The position numbers and the translations under genes are program-made. From the NCBI GenBank assembly GCA_963741915.1, contig CAVUJW010000013.1, positions 523,791 to 587,790 of the forward strand: a DNA stretch of 64,000 nt. The letters are read 5' to 3'. This stretch comes from an uncultured Chloroflexia bacterium (GTDB lineage Bacteria; Chloroflexota; Limnocylindria; Limnocylindrales; CSP1-4). Every line of letters starts with the position of its first letter. The stretch's first letter is position 1. Positions 57,035-64,000 of the stretch are shown here, in pieces. Below the pieces are notes generated by a model, which saw nothing but the letters and a program-made list of their open reading frames with translations, searched no databases and was not told the origin of the DNA.

Positions 57035-58017
57035 TCAGTACCGCCGGCCGCGCTGGCGGGCCAGGTCGAAGGTCGCCGTATCCGCGACGGCCATCACCGC
57101 CATCGTGCCGGCCTGGACGGGGTCGCTCACCACGAGGTCCACGTGCTTTGTGATCGAGCCCACCATGTTGAGCGCGATGATCGGGATGCCCACGGCGCGC
57201 AGCTCCTCGGCTGCGCGGCTGATCTCGCCACCCATGATCGAACCGGCCAGCACGAGCAGCCGAGCTCGCGGGAGGTCGGCCACGGCGCGCACCGCGGAGG
57301 CGATCGCCTCCTCGCCCACCAAGGGGATCGTGTCCACCGAGATCCGCTCGCCCCGCAGGTTGTGGCGATCCGCCTCGGAGACGGCGCCCAGCGCGACCTG
57401 GGCCACCTGCGCGCCACCGCCCACGACGATGACCCGCTTGCCGAACACCTTGCCCAGCGGGCGGGTGAGATGGATGGCGATGACCTCGGGCAGCGCGGCC
57501 AGGGCGGTCACCAGCGCGTGCTCGTCGGCCTCCTCGACCTCGAGCTCGAGGTCCGCGATCGAGCCGTCGTCCGCCTCGATCCCGGGCGAGGCGGCGCGCC
57601 GCACGGTGGACAGCGTTCGGACGCGTCCGCCCACCTCCGCCACCCGGCCCGCGATGACGGCGACCGCGCGCGGATCGTCGGCGATCTCGAGCCGGACGGC
57701 GACGGCCGGCGGCAGGGGGCGGAGCTCGCGGCGGGGCACGGGAGCGGTCAGCCAGAGCGGCCGGCGACGACGTCGCTGATCGACATCCCGGTGGGCTCGG
57801 CGCCGGCGGGGTCGTGCTCCTCGAAGGCGACCCCGAGCGCGCCGAACGCCTCGCGCGTCGCGGCCGGATCGCTCGTCGTGAGCATCAGCGCGCCGTCGGT
57901 GTCCTCCGCCACGCCCACGATGCCGGTGATGTTGACGCCACGGTCGGCCAACGCCTGGGCGACCTGCGCCAGCGCCCCCGGCCGATCGTCGAGCTGCACG
58001 GTGAACCAGATCGTCAC
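57035..58017 (-). pseudogene. ACT-domain protein with a conserved C-terminal domain of unknown function; one apparent frameshift near 57750
   Basis: GTG at 58017 follows AGGAGG. ACT segment (TVQLDDRPGALAQVAQALADRGVNITGIVG) in ORF 57748..58017. The rest (GKRVIVVGGGAQVAQVALGAVSEADRHNLRGERISVDTIPLVGE...LVLAGSIMGG) is in ORF 57035..58102. The junction is ggccg where ggcccg would restore the frame. Confidence 0.55.
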
Positions 58018-58037
58018 GCAGAACCTCCTGGCCGCCC

Positions 58038-58712
58038 ATGGTACGCGTCCGGCGCGCTACGCTGCGATCCGTGACGACCGAGCACGACCCCGCCATCGAC
58101 ACCGAGTACTGGGCCCGCTACTACGAGGTCACGGCCGACCGGCCCGCGTGGCCCACGGTCCGCGAGGCCATCCGCCGGTTCGCCGATGAGGACGGGCTCG
58201 GGGTCCGTCCGGCCCCCCCGCGCCTGGCCGTCGATCTCGGCTGCGGCGCCGGGAGAGACGCCCGGGAGCTGCTGGGCGCCGGCTGGCGGGTGCTCGCGGT
58301 GGACCGCGAGCCCGGGGCGGTGGGTGCCCTCGAGGCGGCGACCGCAGCCGAGCTCCGGCCTGCCCTGCGGACGCAGGTCGAGGACCTGGCCACGGTACGA
58401 ATCCCCGCGTGCGACCTCGTGAACGCCAGCCTGTCCCTGCCGTTCCTCGCCCCGGATGCGTACTGGGCGACCTGGGAGCGGATCCGGGACGCGTTGTCCG
58501 TCGGAGGCCGCGTGTCTGCGCTGCTGTTCGGCGACCGTGACGGATCGGCCGGCGACGCCACCATGACCTGCCCGCCGCCGGCCGAGATCCGGGCCGGCCT
58601 CGACGCGTTCGAGATCGAGCACTGGGTCGACCGCGAGGAGGACACGACCACGGCGCTCGGCGAGCCACACCACTTCCACCTCGTCGAGCTCGTCGCCCGG
58701 CGGGTGCGGTAG
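58038..58712 (+). CDS. class I SAM-dependent methyltransferase
   Basis: Motif I AVDLGCGAGRDA followed by VLAVDRE. The start is uncertain (ATG at 58038 or GTG at 58071). Confidence 0.65.
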   Translation: MVRVRRATLRSVTTEHDPAIDTEYWARYYEVTADRPAWPTVREAIRRFADEDGLGVRPAPPRLAVDLGCGAGRDARELLGAGWRVLAVDREPGAVGALEAATAAELRPALRTQVEDLATVRIPACDLVNASLSLPFLAPDAYWATWERIRDALSVGGRVSALLFGDRDGSAGDATMTCPPPAEIRAGLDAFEIEHWVDREEDTTTALGEPHHFHLVELVARRVR

Positions 58713-58756
58713 CGCCGGCCGTGCCCGCCCCGCTCGGGAAGACCCCGACCAGGAAG

Positions 58757-59113
58757 ATGCCCAACATCCAGGTCTTCGGCACCGACGACAACAACGCCAC
58801 GCGCGCCGCGCTGCGCTTCTTCCGCGAGCGACGGATCGTCGTCCACTACGTCGACCTGCGCAGGAAGCCGATCGCCGCAGGCGAGCTCCGCCGGTTCACC
58901 GACCGGCTGGGGGCGGTCGCGCTGCTGGACCCCGACAGCCGGCCGTATCGCGAGCAGGGCCTGGCCCACCTGGTCATGGACCCTGCCGGGATCACCGCCC
59001 GCCTGCTCGCGGACGTGCGCCTCCTCCGCCTCCCGTTGGTCCGCTACGGCGACGAGGTCACGGCGGGCAAGGACGAGGCGGCGTGGAAGGCGTGGCTGGC
59101 CGGTCGCCGGTAG
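58757..59113 (+). CDS. ArsC/Spx/YffB-family thioredoxin-fold protein
   Basis: MPNIQVFGTDDNNATRAALRFFRERRIVVHYVDL, typical N-terminal fold but with Asn in place of the usual Cys. ATG follows aggaag. Confidence 0.6.
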   Translation: MPNIQVFGTDDNNATRAALRFFRERRIVVHYVDLRRKPIAAGELRRFTDRLGAVALLDPDSRPYREQGLAHLVMDPAGITARLLADVRLLRLPLVRYGDEVTAGKDEAAWKAWLAGRR

Positions 59114-59173
59114 CTGCGCCCGGCCTGGCGGCGCTGCCGAGACGCGAACCGTGACCGGTGGCATGCTGCGTCC

Positions 59174-59977
59174 ATGACGGACCACGAGCGTGAGGATCAT
59201 CAGCCCGAGCCCAAGACGATGCATCGCGGCCGGGTGTCCATGCGCCCGGAGACCGCGGACCGGCTGGCGGGCAAGCGGGCGACCGAGGACGAGAAGCTGC
59301 TCGGCCCGCGGACCGTGGAGCGCCCGGCGTTCCTCGAGACCGACACCTGGCGTGCGCTGCGGATCCTGTCCGAGTTCGTCGAGGGGTTCGAGGCGCTGGC
59401 CGAGGTCGGCCCGGCGGTCGCCGTGTTCGGCTCGGCGCGGGTCGCGGAGGGCGATCCCGGGTACGCCGTCGCGCGGCGGATCGGCGGGGAGCTGGTGAAG
59501 GCGGGGTTCGCGGTGATCACCGGCGGTGGGCCGGGCGTGATGGAGGCGGCCAATCGAGGTGCGCACGAGGCCGGCGGGCTGTCCATCGGCTGCAACATCG
59601 AGCTGCCGCACGAGCAGCACGTCAATCCCTACGTCGACCTCTCGATCGAGTTCCACTACTTCTTCGCGCGCAAGACCATGTTCGTGAAGTACTCCGACGC
59701 GTTCGTGATCCTGCCCGGCGGGTTCGGCACGCTGGACGAGCTGTTCGAGTCGCTGACCCTGATCCAGACGGGCAAGATCCGGCACTTCCCGGTCGTGCTC
59801 GTGGGGCACGCCTACTGGGACGGGCTCATCGACTGGATGCGGGCGGTGCAGCTGCCTGCGCACGCGATCGCGGAGGGCGACCTCGACCTGCTGCGGGTGA
59901 CCGACGATCCGGCGGAGGCGGTCTCGATCATCACCGCCTACGCCCAGGCGAACGGGATCGAGCCCCCGCCGGCCTGA
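59174..59977 (+). CDS. LOG-family (TIGR00730) Rossmann-fold nucleotide-binding protein
   Basis: VFGSAR, ITGGGPGVMEAANRGA, PGGFGTLDELFE. Confidence 0.85.
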   Translation: MTDHEREDHQPEPKTMHRGRVSMRPETADRLAGKRATEDEKLLGPRTVERPAFLETDTWRALRILSEFVEGFEALAEVGPAVAVFGSARVAEGDPGYAVARRIGGELVKAGFAVITGGGPGVMEAANRGAHEAGGLSIGCNIELPHEQHVNPYVDLSIEFHYFFARKTMFVKYSDAFVILPGGFGTLDELFESLTLIQTGKIRHFPVVLVGHAYWDGLIDWMRAVQLPAHAIAEGDLDLLRVTDDPAEAVSIITAYAQANGIEPPPA

Positions 59978-59999
59978 CGCCGGCAACCACGGCGTCGGG

Positions 60000-60476
60000 T
60001 CAGCCCGGGATGGCGACCTCGATCGTCCCGTCGACGACGCGGACCGGGTAGTAGCGGAGGCGCCGCACGCGGGTCAGCCGTCGAGCCTCGGCCTTGATCC
60101 CCGGCGGGTCCGGCTTGGGCTCTCGATCGGGCGGGGACCACACCGGCTCGTAGCTGCCGTCAGGCCACAGCCCGCCGGTGGTCGGCATCTGCACCGGGTC
60201 ACCGGTCGCGAGATCGAACCGGCCGCTGTGGAGCGGGCAGGCAACGACGCACCCGTCCAGCTCGCCGATCGAGAGTGGTGCCGACATGTGCGGGCAGCGA
60301 TCGTCGACCGCCGCGATCCCCAGCGTGGTGTGGGCGAGCAGCAGGTCGAGGTCCCCGAACGAGACCCGTCGCATCGCGCCCGGTGGCAGCTCGGCCACGG
60401 CCAGGGCCGGCCGGTACGTGGCGTCGCCCGCCCCGATCACGAGCAGCGAAGCGGGGAACGGCAGGATCTCGGTCAC
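60000..60476 (-). CDS. Rieske [2Fe-2S] ferredoxin-type protein
   Basis: CPHMSAPL...CPLHSGRF. 158 aa. Confidence 0.7.
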   Translation of the reverse strand: MTEILPFPASLLVIGAGDATYRPALAVAELPPGAMRRVSFGDLDLLLAHTTLGIAAVDDRCPHMSAPLSIGELDGCVVACPLHSGRFDLATGDPVQMPTTGGLWPDGSYEPVWSPPDREPKPDPPGIKAEARRLTRVRRLRYYPVRVVDGTIEVAIPG

Positions 60477-60581
60477 GGACGCGATGGTAGCGCGGGGAAT
60501 CGCACGGCCCGGCTGCCCGTAGGGGCGGCCGGGCCGTGGAGGAGGAGGACGACGTGTTCGGTGGCGGCCGCCCGGGCGGCC

Positions 60582-62303
60582 TCAGTCGCGCGCGCGACGC
60601 GGTAGCGGCGCATGGCCGACGGACTCGGCGACCGGGATCGGCGCCGAGAGGTCCGGGGCCGGTGCTGCGCCCGCGGTCGGCCGCTCGGGTGCGTGGGTCG
60701 CGCGGAGCGGGATCTCGTGCAGGAACAGGGTCGCGCCCAGCGCGAGCACGGTCGCCCCGACGCCCAGCACCATGCTGTTCGCGATCGCGATCGTGATCGC
60801 ACTGTGGAACCCGTCCACGAACAGCCCCTGTGCCTGCGAGGGCAGCTGCGCGAAGAAGGCGGCCGTGCCGGCGGCACCGGCCGGGTTGGTCAGCCCGCCC
60901 AGGTCGAAGCCCGGCGGCGTGGTCTGGGGGACGAGCGCGGCCGGCGCCCCGGCCTTCACGATCTCGGTCCGCAGCAGGTCCCAGGTCAGGTTGTTGCGGA
61001 ACAGGGTGAACGCCATGGTGATGCCCACGGTGGTCCCGATCTGGCGGAACAGGGTGAGGTCGCTGGTCGCCGCCCCCAGCTCGTGGAACGCGACCGAGTT
61101 CTGGACCACGATCGTGAACACCGCGAACGTCGGGCCGACGCCCAGGCCGGCGATGAACATCCAGGCCCACAGGACATAGTCCGAGGTCCCGGCGCGCAGC
61201 TGGGTCATCAGCGCGAGCCCGACGCCGAGCAGCACCATGCCCACCAGCAGCACGGTCTTGTAGCGGCCGGTCCGGGCCACGATCTGGCCCGAGGCGATCG
61301 AGGAGAAGATCAGGCCGACCAGGAACGGCAGCAGCTTGTAGCCGGACTCGGTGGCGCTGGTGCCCTCGACGACCTGGAAGTAGATCGGCAGGAAGATGAT
61401 CGCCGCCCCGAAGCCGAAGGTCGCCAGGAAGATCGCCACCATCGAGGCGCTGAAGGTGCGGCTCCGGAACAGGTGCAACGGGATGATCGGCTCGGAGACC
61501 CGCGACTCGATCGCCACGAACACGACCAGCAGGGCTGCACCCAGGGCGAACAGGCCCCAGATCCACGGGTTACCCCAGTTGCCGTCCTCGGCGATCGTGA
61601 GCGCGATCAGGATCGGCACCAGGCCGCCGATGATGGCGGCCACGCCGGCGTAGTCGATCGCCGGGCGGGCGTTCTCCTTGCGGATCGTCGGCAGCAGGCG
61701 GGCGATCACGGCCAGGGCGATGATCCCGATCGGGATGTTGACGTAGAAGATCCAGTGCCAGCCGAAGTTGTCGGTGAGGTAGCCGCCCACGCCCGGTCCG
61801 AGCAGGAACGCGAGGCCGAACATGGCCCCGAACAGGCCCTGGTACTTGCCTCGCTCGGCCGGCGTGAACAGGTCACCGATGACCGCGAGGGCGATGGGGA
61901 ACAGCGCCCCGGCGCCCAGGCCCTGGATGCCCCGGAACAGCACCAGCTGCCACATGCTCTGGCTGAGGCCCGACAGCGCCGAGCCGACCAGGAAGATCAC
62001 GATCCCGATCAGGAGCAGCGGCCGGCGGCCGTAGAGGTCCGACAGCTTGCCGTAGACCGGGACGCTGACGGTGCTCGTCAGCAGGTAGGCGGTGACCACC
62101 CACGCGTAGTAGTCGGCGCCCTGCAGGTCACCGACGATGCGGGGCAGCACCGGGCCCACGATCGTCTGATCGAGGGCGCCCAGGAACATCCCGAGCAGGA
62201 TGGCGCCCAGGATCTCGAACTTCGTTCGTCGATCGAGCCCGAGCGCGGGATCGTGAGCGAGGTCCGGGGTCTCCGGGCCGCTCTCAAAGGGCATCGCTTC
62301 CAA
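60582..62303 (-). CDS. MFS transporter, DHA2 (EmrB/QacA-like, 14 TM) family
   Basis: 573 aa. LDQTIVGPVLPRI, GKLSDLYGRRP, GLGAGALFP. Confidence 0.85.
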   Translation of the reverse strand: MEAMPFESGPETPDLAHDPALGLDRRTKFEILGAILLGMFLGALDQTIVGPVLPRIVGDLQGADYYAWVVTAYLLTSTVSVPVYGKLSDLYGRRPLLLIGIVIFLVGSALSGLSQSMWQLVLFRGIQGLGAGALFPIALAVIGDLFTPAERGKYQGLFGAMFGLAFLLGPGVGGYLTDNFGWHWIFYVNIPIGIIALAVIARLLPTIRKENARPAIDYAGVAAIIGGLVPILIALTIAEDGNWGNPWIWGLFALGAALLVVFVAIESRVSEPIIPLHLFRSRTFSASMVAIFLATFGFGAAIIFLPIYFQVVEGTSATESGYKLLPFLVGLIFSSIASGQIVARTGRYKTVLLVGMVLLGVGLALMTQLRAGTSDYVLWAWMFIAGLGVGPTFAVFTIVVQNSVAFHELGAATSDLTLFRQIGTTVGITMAFTLFRNNLTWDLLRTEIVKAGAPAALVPQTTPPGFDLGGLTNPAGAAGTAAFFAQLPSQAQGLFVDGFHSAITIAIANSMVLGVGATVLALGATLFLHEIPLRATHAPERPTAGAAPAPDLSAPIPVAESVGHAPLPRRARD

Positions 62304-62321
62304 GTCGCGGGGTTCCTTTCG

Positions 62322-62924
62322 TCAGACGCCGGCAGGGCCGGGGGTTGGGGACGCTGGGGCCACGCCCGGGGCAGGCTGGCCCATGTCTGGCAGGGCGTGC
62401 GGGTGACGGTGCTCCTGGACGCACTGGGTGAGCGCGCCGTATCGGTCGGGGCTGCTGGCCATCTCCTCGCCGATCGCGGCCTCGAGGTCCGAGGCGGCGG
62501 CGACGAGGCGCTCGACCTGCGCGGGCGCCATGCGGCCGATCGCCGCGGCGAGGATCTCGCTCTTCACGAGCTCGGCCTCGTCGACCAGCTCGTCGCCGGT
62601 CCGGGTCGGTCGGACCAGGACGAGCCGCCGGTCGTCGGGGACGCGGACGCGTTCCACCAGCCCGCGCTCCTCCATCCGGTCGATGATCCCGGTCGTGCCC
62701 GACATGGAGGCGTCCAGCACCTCGGCCAGGCGGCCCATGGGCATCGCATCGTGGTGACGGAGCAGCGTCAGGACGTGGAAATGGGTCATGCTGATGCCCA
62801 TCCGCACCAGTCGCTGTGATCCCGCGCAGCGCAGCGAGCCGACGGCCCGGCCGAGGTTGGCGATCGCCTCCTCGGCGGACAGGCGGCGGTCCGCGGCGGG
62901 GATCTCGTCGATAGTTGTTTGCAT
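62322..62924 (-). CDS. MarR-family transcriptional regulator
   Basis: HFHVLTLLRHHDAMPMGRLAEVLDASMSGTTGIIDRMEERGLVERVRVPDDRRLVLVRPT. It lies directly upstream of the MFS gene. Confidence 0.8.
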   Translation of the reverse strand: MQTTIDEIPAADRRLSAEEAIANLGRAVGSLRCAGSQRLVRMGISMTHFHVLTLLRHHDAMPMGRLAEVLDASMSGTTGIIDRMEERGLVERVRVPDDRRLVLVRPTRTGDELVDEAELVKSEILAAAIGRMAPAQVERLVAAASDLEAAIGEEMASSPDRYGALTQCVQEHRHPHALPDMGQPAPGVAPASPTPGPAGV

Positions 62925-62995
62925 GGAGTGAAGTGTTTACACCACACGAATAGTTCCGTCAAGCGGAATCATTCGCGGCACATGGAGGACTGCCC

Positions 62996-63955
62996 GTGCG
63001 CTTCGCGCTGATGATCGAGCCCCAGCAGGGCCTGAGCTATGACGAGCAGCTGGCCGTGGCACGCCGGGCGGAAGCGGCCGGCTTCGAGACCCTGTTCCGG
63101 TCCGACCACTACCAGAGTTTTCCCGGCGACAGCGACCTGCCGACCACCGACGCCTGGGCCGTCCTTGCCGGGCTGGCGCGCGACACGACCCGGATCGGGC
63201 TCGGGTCACTGGTCTCCCCGGTGCTGTTCCGGACGCCCGGCAACCTGGCCAAGGTCGTGATCACGGTGGACGAGATGAGCGGCGGCCGGGTGGAGCTCGG
63301 CGTGGGCGCAGGCTGGCACGAGGCTGAGCACCGCCGCCACGGGTTCCCGTTTCCCGAGATCGGGGAGCGGGCCGACCGTCTGGAGGAGACGCTCGAGATC
63401 CTCCACGGCCTGTGGGATGGGCCCGACGGCTGGTCGTTCCTCGGCCGTCATTATGCCGTCCAGGATGCCCACTTCCGGCCCAAGGCAGGCTCGATCCCGG
63501 GCCGCGCCGAGGGACGCCCGCGGCTCATCGTCGGCGGCGAGGGCACGCCCCGCTCGTTCCGCCTGGCGGCCCGCTACGCGGACGAGTTCAACCTCTCGTC
63601 GGCGAGCCCCGAGGTGGCAGCCCGCAAGTTCGAGGAGCTGGACGCGGTGCTGCGCGCGACCGGGCGGGAGCCGGCCGAGATCACCCACTCGGCGATGGTC
63701 GGGGTCCTCATCGGCCGCGATGCGGGGGATGTCCGGCGACGCGAGGCGGACCTGCTGCAGGCGTTCGGCGAGCCCGACGATGCCGCCGCCTGGTTTGCGA
63801 CGCGCCGGGCGCGGTGGCTCCACGGCCTGCCCGACGAAGCGCGCGCGACGGTTGCCCGGTTCGCGGACGCCGGAGCCGAGCGGATCATGCTCCAGGACTT
63901 CCTGCCGCGCGACCTCGACATGATCGATCTCGCCGGCGAGGTGCTCATCGGCTGA
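62996..63955 (+). CDS. luciferase-like (LLM class, probably F420-dependent) oxidoreductase
   Basis: MRFALMIEPQQG, FRSDHY, RIGLGSLVSPV, GRVELGVGAGW, LIVGGEG. Confidence 0.75.
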   Translation: MRFALMIEPQQGLSYDEQLAVARRAEAAGFETLFRSDHYQSFPGDSDLPTTDAWAVLAGLARDTTRIGLGSLVSPVLFRTPGNLAKVVITVDEMSGGRVELGVGAGWHEAEHRRHGFPFPEIGERADRLEETLEILHGLWDGPDGWSFLGRHYAVQDAHFRPKAGSIPGRAEGRPRLIVGGEGTPRSFRLAARYADEFNLSSASPEVAARKFEELDAVLRATGREPAEITHSAMVGVLIGRDAGDVRRREADLLQAFGEPDDAAAWFATRRARWLHGLPDEARATVARFADAGAERIMLQDFLPRDLDMIDLAGEVLIG

Positions 63956-64000
63956 GCTGGCGTCCCCGGCCGGCGCGCTGCTCATCGGCCGAGCACCTGC

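Noticed and set aside
59976-59996. Hairpin GACGCCG-gcaacca-CGGCGTC between the convergent LOG and Rieske ferredoxin genes as a terminator
   Set aside because: It has only a 7-bp stem, overlaps the LOG stop codon and has no U-tract. It is not distinguishable from chance in this GC background.

Overview
This is a very GC-rich chromosomal window (my impression is about 70% or more; not computed) from a Gram-positive-type bacterium. It looks Actinomycetota- or Chloroflexota-like, but I cannot assign the taxon. I can support about 60 protein genes, one tRNA, two insertion sequences and several repeat arrays.

Layout:
- 1-3.2 kb: an accessory patch next to tRNA-Gly(CCC), with an AbiEi-like regulator, a start-less small ORF, a membrane protein and an IS5-family element.
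- 3.3-6.5 kb: a COG2345/SufR-like regulator, a hemerythrin-domain protein and a NirK-type copper nitrite reductase.
- 6.7-11.7 kb: a PAS-GAF-EAL phosphodiesterase and two secreted peptidases.
- 12-20.4 kb: lipB, a galT-like gene, an ECF sigma/anti-sigma pair, an rlpA-like gene, pyrR and pyrB. All of these are readable only across many frame changes.
- 20.4-33.3 kb: intact pyrC, pyrK-pyrD and pyrE, interrupted by a PLP decarboxylase, unknown proteins and a second ECF sigma. That sigma is paired with an 829-aa membrane protein built from a three-fold repeated Cys-containing module.
- 33.6-43 kb: a fused ctaA-ctaB heme A/O synthase with a divergent thioredoxin-fold lipoprotein, a beta-CASP hydrolase, a Rieske oxygenase translationally coupled to a DarA-like c-di-AMP receptor, and an MFS-cNMP fusion.
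- 43.2-50.6 kb: a minus-strand block with a 1442-aa cyclase-STAND-TPR-LuxR regulator followed by gshA-gshB-PIG-L deacetylase.
- 51-64 kb: a perfect 30-bp tandem array abutting an ABC permease remnant, then arcB(argF)-arcC, xthA, a decayed IS3 element with intact ends, and housekeeping or efflux genes.

Two window-wide observations stand out:
- Apparent +/-1 frameshifts are extremely patchy: dense at 3.4-6.4, 12.2-20.4 and 55.8-57.8 kb, and absent from long neighbouring genes.
- A dispersed GC-rich repeat family occurs at three loci.

No CRISPR array and no canonical defence operon were seen. All family assignments come from motif recognition by eye, not from searches.
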